Shown here piece after piece: positions 38,834-47,776 of a stretch of 64,000 nucleotides of DNA. This DNA is from a virus. Taxonomy: Duplodnaviria; Heunggongvirae; Uroviricota; Caudoviricetes. The stretch lies in the IMG/VR virus record IMGVR_UViG_3300032167_007646; one strand, given 5' to 3'. The notes beneath the pieces are model-generated. The model made no database searches, had not been told where the DNA came from, and saw only the letters and a list, made by a program, of their open reading frames with translations. How positions within the stretch are numbered: the first letter of the stretch is position 1; each line of letters starts with the position of its first letter. A program made the position numbers and the translations under genes.

Positions 38834-39073
38834 TTAATTCATATCTTCACGAGCAATATTATATCCTATTTGAAGAAGTTTTGCTTTCTTTGTTGCCGCT
38901 AACTTGCTTGTAGCGTCAGCTATTTTATAAAAAGGAACTTGCATAGGATTCTTTTCATAAACCACAAAATTATCTATTCCCTCTTGTTTAACCATAAAAT
39001 TATTAAAATGAATAGTATCATCTATTTGTTTCATTTTAGGATTATAAATTTCTTCAAACTTCATATAACTCAC
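38834..39073 (-). CDS. Hypothetical protein
   Basis: 79-aa ORF in the operon. Confidence 0.3.
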   Translation of the reverse strand: MSYMKFEEIYNPKMKQIDDTIHFNNFMVKQEGIDNFVVYEKNPMQVPFYKIADATSKLAATKKAKLLQIGYNIAREDMN

Positions 39074-39082
39074 TCCAATAAA

Positions 39083-39427
39083 TTATTCTATTATCCCTAA
39101 AATTGCAAAATCATAAGTAGAAAACTTAATAGACTTACCATTACCAAAGAACACAAATATAGTTTTATTATTTGTAACCTCAAGGGATTTAGAATCAGCA
39201 AAAGCTTTATCTATTTCTTCCGCTTCTGAATAAAACTTTCTAATATCCCTTTCTTGTTCATTTTCATCATCAGTCTTAAATACAAAACCTAACTGAATAT
39301 AAGCAGAAAAAACAAAATCACCCATTAGTTCTTTCATATAATTAGTAATATCATAACGATATTCTGTAAAATCCTTAAAGTCTTTATTGCAAAACTTATT
39401 CTTATATTTTTCCAACAAAATCACCAA
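39083..39427 (-). CDS. Hypothetical protein
   Basis: 114-aa ORF in the operon. Confidence 0.3.
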   Translation of the reverse strand: MVILLEKYKNKFCNKDFKDFTEYRYDITNYMKELMGDFVFSAYIQLGFVFKTDDENEQERDIRKFYSEAEEIDKAFADSKSLEVTNNKTIFVFFGNGKSIKFSTYDFAILGIIE

Positions 39428-39431
39428 CCTA

Positions 39432-39701
39432 TTATTTTACTTTTTTTATTGCACACTTTTCAGTACTTACTACAAGTTTTTCTCCATCTTTTACAAACAA
39501 AGTAATTGCACCGTCATCAATATCATATGTACTTACCTCAAACTGCTTAACAGCACCATTTGGCTGTTCTACTGTTGCAATATAACTTGTATTTGCAATC
39601 TTAAACATCATAAGAACCATTAGAGTTGCTATAACTACTGCAATACCAACTGCTATAAAATCAATACCTTTTACAATTTCTACAAATCTTTTCTTCAACA
39701 T
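39432..39701 (-). CDS. Small membrane-anchored protein
   Basis: 89-aa ORF with one TM helix. Lies directly downstream of the SPASM gene. Confidence 0.35.
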   Translation of the reverse strand: MLKKRFVEIVKGIDFIAVGIAVVIATLMVLMMFKIANTSYIATVEQPNGAVKQFEVSTYDIDDGAITLFVKDGEKLVVSTEKCAIKKVK

Positions 39702-39706
39702 AACTA

Positions 39707-41026
39707 TTAACCTCCATAGAATTCTCTTTCTTTATTATCACAAAGAACAATATCATTTACCAAAGGACAACCACCCATACAAAGTTCTCTCTTTGGACAT
39801 CCCTTACAACTATATCTTAAACAATCTCTAAACTTATTAAATTCTGAACTTTCCCAAGCATCCTTTATAGTTACTTTATCAGAAAGTTTAACAGCATACT
39901 TTTGGTCCTGATTATCAAAAGAACAAGGCAAAGCAGTCATATCTGCTGCAATATACATAGAATATCTACTACCCTCACAGGTATCAACACTACAAGTATC
40001 AATATGCTTACTCCAACGAACAACTGCAGGAATAGAACAACTATCAAAACCAATCTTAAATGGTGTTCTATGATTATCTACCAATTCAAAGAACTCTTTC
40101 ACACGAGGGTCATCAAGTCTTAAAACGTCATCATAATCACCCAAACCAACTGGTTTATGAAGGAGAAACACAACAGCATTTATACCTTTTGGAAAACCAT
40201 TATATTTAACTCTCAAAATTGCCTCATCTATTGTTGAATTACTCAATACATAATGAATATTTGTCTTTACACCCGCGTCTAACAACATCTTAATTGCTTT
40301 CATTGTATAATTAGGCTTCTGAACCTCATTATACACTTTATAAAATTCATATTCTTGGGGTTCTTCACTATAATACATATGATGAACTTCATCCCAAGCA
40401 TAATCTAATTCATTTATTTTATAAGCAGGTTCATCCCACTTACATTCTTCATTCAGACCACCAAGAGTAAATAATACAGGAATATCATCTTCTGATTTAT
40501 AAACTTTCTTTTTATCCTCACTATGTACCCTTCTTAGTGCTAAATCTGGTATCATATCCAAACGAGAGTATTGCGAGACTGCCACAGCACCACAATACTT
40601 TTTACAAAGAGCAGCCTTTTCAGGTGTCATACCAAGACCACTTGTTGTAAAATTAGGTATAATACCATTATCACGAGTGTATTTTAAAACTTCTTCAAAA
40701 TTCTCATGCATATCTGGGTCACCACAACCACCTAATGCTATTTCAAACAATCTTTCTTTAGACCAATCTATAATTTTTTTATAATCTTCTAACTTCATAT
40801 TAGGTTTATCTGAATGTAATCCATCCTGATAACACTTAATACCTGCTTTCATACAAAGACCACTTTTTCCATGAGCACAATTTCCCATTAAACCAACATC
40901 TATGAGGTGAGGATACTCTGCCATAAATGGGTCTTCTTCTACATCAAAAGCCCTAATATATTCTCCTGTCTTATCATTAAACATTGTTGTAAAATTATAT
41001 TCACCATCTCTAATTACTCTAATCAC
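39707..41026 (-). CDS. SPASM-domain protein, probable radical-SAM enzyme with a non-canonical N-terminal Cys triad (C-x8-C-x6-C); GTG start
   Basis: C-terminal SPASM '...CSVDTCEGS...C...CLRYSCKGCPKRELCMGGCP'. Gly-rich 'ALGGCGDPDMH'. N-terminal 'GNCAHGKSGLCMKAGIKCY' replaces CxxxCxxC. RBS AGGTGG sits 7 nt before the GTG. Confidence 0.55.
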   Translation of the reverse strand: MIRVIRDGEYNFTTMFNDKTGEYIRAFDVEEDPFMAEYPHLIDVGLMGNCAHGKSGLCMKAGIKCYQDGLHSDKPNMKLEDYKKIIDWSKERLFEIALGGCGDPDMHENFEEVLKYTRDNGIIPNFTTSGLGMTPEKAALCKKYCGAVAVSQYSRLDMIPDLALRRVHSEDKKKVYKSEDDIPVLFTLGGLNEECKWDEPAYKINELDYAWDEVHHMYYSEEPQEYEFYKVYNEVQKPNYTMKAIKMLLDAGVKTNIHYVLSNSTIDEAILRVKYNGFPKGINAVVFLLHKPVGLGDYDDVLRLDDPRVKEFFELVDNHRTPFKIGFDSCSIPAVVRWSKHIDTCSVDTCEGSRYSMYIAADMTALPCSFDNQDQKYAVKLSDKVTIKDAWESSEFNKFRDCLRYSCKGCPKRELCMGGCPLVNDIVLCDNKEREFYGG

Positions 41027-41048
41027 TTAAACCACCTATCACCTTTCA

Positions 41049-41192
41049 TTATATTGACATAACTATTAACATTACTAATAAACCTATAACTACAACACCT
41101 ACTATAACCAAAAATATAAACATACAAATGTCATCTCCATCAAATCCAGAGAAAAAATCTTTAATTATATTTTTTAACTTTTCAAACCACAA
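41049..41192 (-). CDS. Small membrane peptide, paralog a (MWFEKLKNIIKDFF...; TTG start)
   Basis: Hand translation: amphipathic N-terminus followed by a C-terminal TM helix. RBS AGGAG. Missing from the track because it is shorter than 60 aa. Confidence 0.35.
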   Translation of the reverse strand: MWFEKLKNIIKDFFSGFDGDDICMFIFLVIVGVVVIGLLVMLIVMSI

Positions 41193-41203
41193 AGAACTCA
41201 CTC

Positions 41204-41380
41204 CTATATTACACCTGTAAAAATAGATATAAAAAAACTTACTACTACTACAATAAGAACTATAATTAAAACTATCATAAAATAGTCATCTATGTCTGCA
41301 AATGCAAAAAAATCACAAACTTCATCTAAAATATCACTTATAAACTCTTTAATTCTATTCTTTATCTTATCAAACCACAT
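41204..41380 (-). CDS. Small membrane peptide, paralog b (MWFDKIKNRIKEFISD...)
   Basis: Hand translation. RBS AGGTGG. Same architecture as paralog a. Confidence 0.4.
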   Translation of the reverse strand: MWFDKIKNRIKEFISDILDEVCDFFAFADIDDYFMIVLIIVLIVVVVSFFISIFTGVI

Positions 41381-41387
41381 AATCCAC

Positions 41388-41528
41388 CTACAACATTTCC
41401 AACAATATGTTTATTAGCAACATCGCAAAGAAAGTAAATAAAACTAAATAAAAACCAAAAGAAAATTCAGATATATTAAAATAATAAATAGACCTTTTCA
41501 ACTTCTTTAATTTTAAATCTAATTTCAT
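41388..41528 (-). CDS. Small membrane peptide, paralog c (MKLDLKLKKLKRS...)
   Basis: Hand translation. RBS GGCGGTGG. First gene after the promoter at 41559-41587. Confidence 0.3.
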   Translation of the reverse strand: MKLDLKLKKLKRSIYYFNISEFSFGFYLVLFTFFAMLLINILLEML

Positions 41529-41558
41529 AAAACCACCGCCATACTTTTAATCTATTCT

Positions 41559-41587
41559 ATTATAACCTAAAAACAACTAATTGTCAA
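41559..41587 (-). promoter_or_regulatory. Sigma-A-type promoter TTGACA-N17-TATAAT driving the ~8.7-kb operon
   Basis: Minus strand reads TTGACA at 41582-41587 and TATAAT at 41559-41564 with a 17-bp spacer. Confidence 0.6.
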
Positions 41588-41597
41588 TAAGCACAAA

Positions 41598-41632
41598 TAA
41601 AAAATAGATTAGTTTTTCAACTAATCTATCTT
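41598..41632 (-). terminator. Intrinsic terminator after the 41637-42161 gene
   Basis: Hairpin ATAGATTAGTT/AACTAATCTAT followed by a U-run on the minus strand. Confidence 0.5.
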
Positions 41633-41636
41633 TAAA

Positions 41637-42161
41637 TTACATTTTTTCTAACTGTGTTGCTTTTAATTCTAAATGTTTCATAAAATTTTCAGTTGTTTTT
41701 TTACCCTCTATATCTGAAAACTCTAAATTCATCATACATTCTCTATATTTATTTTCCATACCTTTTATAAGAGTCTTTCGTATATCAGATAACATTCTGT
41801 ATGTATTTTCATTAGTCATACCATCACCTATCATACAAAAACCAATTTCACTTGCTAATTGTAAAATTCTAAACCCGCTATCTGTCTTCTCTAATTTATA
41901 AGTATAACTACCCTCACGCACTAGACCTAAACAATAATTTATCAATTTTACAAAATTATTCAAATGTTCATCAGTTAAATTACCATTCTTTATTTCAACT
42001 GTATTTATTTGCCCTACTTTCATACGTTGTATTTTATTCTTTACAGCAGATTTACTATGATTTCTAAATTTTCTATGTATATCTTCTACTGTCAATCCTT
42101 CTTCCAAAAATTTCAATAATTTTAACTCTTCTGATTTAGTCCAAATTGCCATCATAAACAC
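41637..42161 (-). CDS. Hypothetical protein with an N-terminal Myb/SANT-like HTH
   Basis: 'WTKSEELKLLKFLEEGLTVEDIHRKF...' resembles the repeats of the 50119-52923 helicase. Confidence 0.35.
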   Translation of the reverse strand: MFMMAIWTKSEELKLLKFLEEGLTVEDIHRKFRNHSKSAVKNKIQRMKVGQINTVEIKNGNLTDEHLNNFVKLINYCLGLVREGSYTYKLEKTDSGFRILQLASEIGFCMIGDGMTNENTYRMLSDIRKTLIKGMENKYRECMMNLEFSDIEGKKTTENFMKHLELKATQLEKM

Positions 42162-42166
42162 CCCAC

Positions 42167-42430
42167 TTAAGACTCTCTAATAATACAATTCCTTACTATT
42201 CTATCTGCTAAATTTCCATACATAGAATATTTCCATTTCTTTTTATCATCCCAAGTTCTCCATTCACTTTCTGGAATACTATCAATTTTTTCAATAAATT
42301 TCTTTAATGTGTCTTTTTCTTTTTGAGTAATATGAAACCACATACTACCATTATGTGCTATCAAAGGTACATTATTTTCATCATCTAAATAATGTTTTAC
42401 TGAACTAGGTACTCTAATCATAAAAATCAC
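42167..42430 (-). CDS. Hypothetical protein
   Basis: 87-aa ORF. Confidence 0.3.
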   Translation of the reverse strand: MIFMIRVPSSVKHYLDDENNVPLIAHNGSMWFHITQKEKDTLKKFIEKIDSIPESEWRTWDDKKKWKYSMYGNLADRIVRNCIIRES

Positions 42431-42433
42431 TCC

Positions 42434-42985
42434 TTAATATCTACATAATTCTACTATTGTTTTTAATGCTTTTTTTCTACCCTCTGCAACTAAATTATTT
42501 CTCATAAATTCAGAAGTTTGATACTTATAATTCCTATAATACCAAGCAAACTGCAAAGGTATTACTTCTTCATCTCTAATTCTTCTTAATATTTCTAATG
42601 CTGTATCATAATCTACATAATCCTTTGTATAATTATAATGCCTTCCTGGTGCCTCTATCTTCTCAATAAAATATTTTTTATCTTTCTCTTTTACCAATAT
42701 TCTACCTATTTGTTCTACAGAATCTAAACCATTTGCTCTATTCAAATCTACTTCAAAACTATATAATGATTTTTTATTTGTTGGCATATTTGCTAAATAA
42801 TTATAAATATCATCTACTACTTTTAAATTAGAACATAATTGAATATCAGCATTATGTTTCTTTGCCATTTGTCTAATACCACTCCAAGTATGTCTATGTA
42901 AAAAATACTGAATATTTGCAGGAGTTTCTTTTATTTCTGCCAATTTACCTAACATTTGAATTTCTGAATCATACCAACTTGCCAT
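42434..42985 (-). CDS. Hypothetical protein
   Basis: 183-aa ORF. Confidence 0.35.
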   Translation of the reverse strand: MASWYDSEIQMLGKLAEIKETPANIQYFLHRHTWSGIRQMAKKHNADIQLCSNLKVVDDIYNYLANMPTNKKSLYSFEVDLNRANGLDSVEQIGRILVKEKDKKYFIEKIEAPGRHYNYTKDYVDYDTALEILRRIRDEEVIPLQFAWYYRNYKYQTSEFMRNNLVAEGRKKALKTIVELCRY

Positions 42986-42997
42986 ATTATCAACTCC

Positions 42998-43543
42998 TTA
43001 ATAATACATATATCTCATTCTCATTGTATTCTTCAATGTATCTCTACAATTTATTACAAATGTATCAAATTTAGTTACCCTACGTTCATCTATCAACCCT
43101 AAATCCTTAAATATATGAACACATCTTCTTGCAACCATATTAAATTCATTACATTTATCAGGGTCATTAGACCAATTTACATAACATTCTAATGCAGCAG
43201 ACTGTAATACTAAAATAGCATCATCTACAACAGAAGATGGTATTTGTGTTATATCACCATAACAACCTTTTGCATCTAATGTTTTTTCAGAAGTATAATA
43301 ATGAATAATATAAAATAATGTCTTTACTAAATAATTTACATTTAATCTATCTTTATAAGCAATATACTCCAACTCCATTAACTTATTTTCAGGCATATTT
43401 AACAATTCTTGAAAATGTTTTTGTTCATCACCCATTTTATGTTTTCGTGCAACTTCTTTTAATATATGATATCTTAAACTTGTTATTAATACAATAGTAT
43501 TATTATACATTTTAGCCTGCTTTTGTCTATCCATATTTATCAC
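42998..43543 (-). CDS. Hypothetical protein
   Basis: 181-aa ORF. Confidence 0.35.
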   Translation of the reverse strand: MINMDRQKQAKMYNNTIVLITSLRYHILKEVARKHKMGDEQKHFQELLNMPENKLMELEYIAYKDRLNVNYLVKTLFYIIHYYTSEKTLDAKGCYGDITQIPSSVVDDAILVLQSAALECYVNWSNDPDKCNEFNMVARRCVHIFKDLGLIDERRVTKFDTFVINCRDTLKNTMRMRYMYY

Positions 43544-43632
43544 TCCTTTAAAAATAAATAAACAACTTATTTAATACAAAATAATCATTTCTGACCATTT
43601 TCACTGTTCTTAAATAAGTTGTTTATGCATAA

Positions 43633-44070
43633 TTAAAATACCATACATAACAATGGAATATTTAAAATACAAGAAATTATTAATAATACACCAATACTAA
43701 CTCCACTTAAAGTATTTAATGGTGAACCCTCTCTAAGTATCTTAAAAATACCCTCACCACCTAACATAACAATAGGCCAAAACATAAACCCACCTTCATC
43801 TCCACCATAAATAATAAATAAAATAGGTATAGATTCTACTATACTTTCACTATCTATTCCACAAAGAAATAAAATCATTTCAAAAATAAATGCAGTTATA
43901 AACCAAATATATAAAATATCACAAAATATTGAATTAGTAAATGTTTCTTCATACTTACCATTATCATAAATACGTTTATGAGGTGCATTGTACCTTATAT
44001 CTAATTTATCTTTAAACCATAAAATTAAATCTTCTATCAACCATTTTAATTTTTGAAGAATATTACTCAT
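43633..44070 (-). CDS. Membrane protein
   Basis: 145-aa hydrophobic ORF. Confidence 0.35.
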   Translation of the reverse strand: MSNILQKLKWLIEDLILWFKDKLDIRYNAPHKRIYDNGKYEETFTNSIFCDILYIWFITAFIFEMILFLCGIDSESIVESIPILFIIYGGDEGGFMFWPIVMLGGEGIFKILREGSPLNTLSGVSIGVLLIISCILNIPLLCMVF

Positions 44071-44082
44071 AAAAACACTACC

Positions 44083-44433
44083 TTAATCATATTTTAGCCA
44101 CAAAGTTAATTCATAATCATGTGTATCATAACTATACTCATTACGAAAATTCTCTAATTCAATTCCTGTACCTTCTAATAACTTCTCCATATCTTCTTTT
44201 GTTACTTTACTATAAGACATAGGTCCTATCTTACATTTACCAAAAGATACATCAAGTCTATTAGGTACATAACCCACTAAAATCATTTTCTTAACAAGTT
44301 CTGCTAAAACTATACTACATCCAAACTCACAATCTGCAAGTCTAAATCTTCTCTCTATAAGAATTTCACTAATTCTTTTAACATCTGATAACATATTATT
44401 TACAACTCCCAATAACTTTCTCAAAATCAACAA
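44083..44433 (-). CDS. Hypothetical protein
   Basis: 116-aa ORF. Confidence 0.3.
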   Translation of the reverse strand: MLILRKLLGVVNNMLSDVKRISEILIERRFRLADCEFGCSIVLAELVKKMILVGYVPNRLDVSFGKCKIGPMSYSKVTKEDMEKLLEGTGIELENFRNEYSYDTHDYELTLWLKYD

Positions 44434-44740
44434 TATCCTCTGTATCTACCATAAAATATTTACTGATTTCATCATCATCATTAAGGTCTATTTCAAAATA
44501 TTCTTCATGGGAAAGATTATTAATATAAAACTTATCATTCATCATATTATAACGAATATGAATACTACGCCAAAATGTTTTATCGTGTTCAGTTACTAAC
44601 AAAAACAAAGTTCTATCTGTGGAAAGACCATTATTACCATCAAAACTCCAAGAATCTAAAGGATTCTCCATATCTGATTCGTCATTTAAGAGTTCAATTA
44701 CCTTTTCATCATTATATAATTTAAGAACTGCCATTACCAT
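44396..44740 (-). CDS. Acidic hypothetical protein
   Basis: 114-aa ORF. Confidence 0.3.
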   Translation of the reverse strand: MVMAVLKLYNDEKVIELLNDESDMENPLDSWSFDGNNGLSTDRTLFLLVTEHDKTFWRSIHIRYNMMNDKFYINNLSHEEYFEIDLNDDDEISKYFMVDTEDIVDFEKVIGSCK

Positions 44741-44970
44741 TCCTCCTTAGGATATAACATAATTTTCTTTACTAATTTACCATTTTCGTCTAACACAACC
44801 CTAACTTGGATATCTTCAATAGGAGTAAAGTCAGAACTACAACAACTATTTCCTAAACAAACTTCTGTTGTCAAATGGTCAATACCTACAAAAGACTTTA
44901 ACTTTTGCATAAGTTCCAAAGCATTCAAACCATCAAAATTATTTACATTACGAGACATTACAAAAAACAC
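44734..44970 (-). CDS. Hypothetical protein
   Basis: 78-aa ORF. Confidence 0.3.
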   Translation of the reverse strand: MFFVMSRNVNNFDGLNALELMQKLKSFVGIDHLTTEVCLGNSCCSSDFTPIEDIQVRVVLDENGKLVKKIMLYPKEEW

Positions 44971-45244
44971 CTCTCAACATTTCTTTTCCTATACTTAAAA
45001 CAGAATAAATACCACCAATACCTATTACCAAAGCGCCAATACCTACTGCTGAACCTACTATTCCACCAAATAAAAGTTCACCTATAGAGAACACTTCTGC
45101 TTTAATACCTTGAATTAGTCCACCTAAAACTGCAACACCTACATAAGTTGTGCCTAAGCACACACCTAATAGAACAAATGCTACAAGCGATATAATTATA
45201 GTTTTTAAGGTTTTACTCATTAACTTTTTTATTACTTTATTCAT
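44948..45244 (-). CDS. Small membrane protein with glycine-zipper helices
   Basis: 'GGLIQGIK...GGIVGSAVGIGALVIGIGGIYS'. Confidence 0.35.
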   Translation of the reverse strand: MNKVIKKLMSKTLKTIIISLVAFVLLGVCLGTTYVGVAVLGGLIQGIKAEVFSIGELLFGGIVGSAVGIGALVIGIGGIYSVLSIGKEMLRGVFCNVS

Positions 45245-45516
45245 TTCTTTTCAGCATCTCCAACTTTTTCAATTTCATAAGTAATCTTCATTTTAAGAAT
45301 TGCATCTTCACCAAATTCTTCAATATATCTACGAGGTACTTCAATACCATAATATCTAAAAAGATTTTTATAAAAGAAAGACTCATCAAATTCTTCAGGT
45401 TTTTCACCCATTAATCTTTCATATTCTTTCTCTGAAACATCCATACAAGCTGCTTCATAATCTCCTGACATTACACCTGTTACTTCAATTTCTACTTTTT
45501 TCTTATTTTCTGCCAT
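45241..45516 (-). CDS. Acidic hypothetical protein
   Basis: 91-aa ORF. Confidence 0.3.
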   Translation of the reverse strand: MAENKKKVEIEVTGVMSGDYEAACMDVSEKEYERLMGEKPEEFDESFFYKNLFRYYGIEVPRRYIEEFGEDAILKMKITYEIEKVGDAEKK

Positions 45517-45524
45517 AATTACAC

Positions 45525-45947
45525 CTACTTTTTAATATATAAAGACTCTGGTTTATAAAACAAATTCCAATCACTATATGCATTTCTATTTCTCTTTTCT
45601 GTAAATACTACATATGCCTGATTAATTTCAGCAATATAGTAATCTCGCATAATATCATCAATAGGTACTCCTACTTCCATAGGTGTCCAATAAAGTGTAA
45701 ATTCTTTTCTTTCTACATATGCTTTCAAAAGAGATTTACCTACAAAAAAAGCAATTAAAATTGGAATGGGCATGATAAATAAACCACCAATAGCCTCTTT
45801 TACTGTCATAGTAAAAAACATATAATCAGTAGCTACAAATAAAAGAACAGCACCTATTAACATTAGAACACCAAAAACTAAATAACATTTATTTGCAGAC
45901 CAAACTTTCTTTTCATTTATTGTTTTACCATTTAATACTTTTTCCAT
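45525..45947 (-). CDS. Membrane protein
   Basis: 140-aa ORF with two TM helices. Confidence 0.35.
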   Translation of the reverse strand: MEKVLNGKTINEKKVWSANKCYLVFGVLMLIGAVLLFVATDYMFFTMTVKEAIGGLFIMPIPILIAFFVGKSLLKAYVERKEFTLYWTPMEVGVPIDDIMRDYYIAEINQAYVVFTEKRNRNAYSDWNLFYKPESLYIKK

Positions 45948-45959
45948 ACTAACCCTCCA

Positions 45960-46622
45960 TTAAACCTCAGTATAAATAATCTGTCTTTTCTCTTCTGAAA
46001 TCTTTTTATTTAACTCATCTATCATTTCTTTATAAGCCTTAATTCTAACTTCATGGTCTCTATTGTTATCTTTCACTTCTTCAACATATTTATCCAATTC
46101 TTCACAAGAACAAAAACCACGAAGGACTAACTGCTTAACAAAATAATCAATATCTACCTGATTCAAATCACCAAGTCTTTTATTCTTAGTAGTATATCTA
46201 ATAAAAATATCTTTTACATCAGAATCACAACAACGCTTAATAAGGGGAATAGGTGCATAATTACCATAAAAATTACCTTTTTTATCTTTTATAGGTTTTC
46301 TATAATAAAGAGTAACTTCATCAGGCTCACCTAATTCAGCAGAGCCATGCAAGAAAAATTCATCTCCAGCCATACTGAAATAAATACACCAGGGTTTTAT
46401 TTTCTTAATCTTTACACAAGGATATAATTCTTTTGATTCTTTATCCACACCATAATAAAAAGCCTTATAACCTTTACCAAAATGGTCCTCTGAATTTATA
46501 ATACCCCAATAATCTAAAAATGGAATATTTACTTTAAAATCCCCATTTCTACCATCTCTATAAAGGTAGAAATACTTATCCCTAATTTCATTCATTGACA
46601 TTGATGCCATACCAACTACCAC
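45960..46622 (-). CDS. Hypothetical protein
   Basis: 220-aa ORF. Promoter at 46667-46694 has a 16-bp spacer. Confidence 0.4.
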   Translation of the reverse strand: MVVGMASMSMNEIRDKYFYLYRDGRNGDFKVNIPFLDYWGIINSEDHFGKGYKAFYYGVDKESKELYPCVKIKKIKPWCIYFSMAGDEFFLHGSAELGEPDEVTLYYRKPIKDKKGNFYGNYAPIPLIKRCCDSDVKDIFIRYTTKNKRLGDLNQVDIDYFVKQLVLRGFCSCEELDKYVEEVKDNNRDHEVRIKAYKEMIDELNKKISEEKRQIIYTEV

Positions 46623-46830
46623 CTTCCATTAACTATTTTTGCATCAAATATTTATTTTATACTATAATTATAACATAAAAGGGCAGTTTTGTCAACAATA
46701 AAATTGAAAAACTACCCTTTTATATAATAAAATTTTATTAATCCATTTAGAAATCAATCTTATATCAATTTCCATACGCTAAAAGAACATACATACAAAT
46801 CTTCACAACGACCTACATTTTTATTATATC

Positions 46831-47592
46831 TCAATAATAGTTCATTGGATTAACTCTTGTATCACTATTACTACCAGTCCATACCTCATAATGTAAATGA
46901 TTACCCGTTGAATTTCCTGTTGTTCCAACTCCACCAATTACATCACCCTGAGATACCTCTTGATTTACAGTCACATTTATATATCTTAAATGTGCATACA
47001 AAGTTTTTCCTCCGTCACTATGTTGCAATACAACACAATTACCATAACCACCATTCCAACCCGAAGAAATGACTGTAGCATTTTTTGCCGCTTTTACAGG
47101 AGTACCACTTGGAGCAGGAATATCTATTCCTGAATGATATTCTCTCCCGTGATAAGGGCAATTACGCCATCCATATGGAGAACTTAAATTATAATAACCA
47201 TCAACTGGCCATAAATATGTAGTTGAAGACTCTAAATTATCTATTTCACGAACACCTGCTAATTTATTATTTGCAACATATTCTTCTTCAAACTCTACTA
47301 TTTTAAGTGAACTTACACTCTCCATAGCATTCTCCACATTCTCAATACTATCTTCTGTTATACCCTTAGAATTCTCTAATTCACTTGGGATATCCTCAGT
47401 ATTTGACGCTATCTCATAACTTTCTAATACTTCCTGTTCTAATTCAAATAACGCTTCTATCTGAACGTCATCAATCTTATAATCAACTGACTTTTCACCA
47501 TATACTAATGTACCAAACAACAGAATCAAAACAAATACTGCTATTAGACACAAAAAAGTATTTTTCATTTTACTTGATATCAAACAAATCAA
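46831..47592 (-). CDS. Secreted M23 (LytM-type) peptidase
   Basis: Signal peptide. 'HSGIDI' and 'HLHYEVW' zinc-binding motifs. Confidence 0.7.
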   Translation of the reverse strand: MICLISSKMKNTFLCLIAVFVLILLFGTLVYGEKSVDYKIDDVQIEALFELEQEVLESYEIASNTEDIPSELENSKGITEDSIENVENAMESVSSLKIVEFEEEYVANNKLAGVREIDNLESSTTYLWPVDGYYNLSSPYGWRNCPYHGREYHSGIDIPAPSGTPVKAAKNATVISSGWNGGYGNCVVLQHSDGGKTLYAHLRYINVTVNQEVSQGDVIGGVGTTGNSTGNHLHYEVWTGSNSDTRVNPMNYY

Positions 47593-47776
47593 CCTTTCCT
47601 ATATCCACATTTGGCTGAAAAGATTTGTTTGTTAATTCTTTTAACTTTTGAACAACTGAGATAAATATATTATACCATAATTTTCCTTCAAAGTCAATAA
47701 GTAGAAGGCAAAAAAGTTACAAAATTATTTCAAAAGTCTTAAAAACAACCTTATTTCAATAATAAAAGTTATAAAA

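Noticed and set aside
46673-46715. Imperfect palindrome GGGCAGTTTT...AAAACTACCC overlapping the -35 of the 45960 promoter
   Set aside because: The arms carry a mismatch, the loop is 16 nt, and there is no U-tract. It is probably not a functional terminator.
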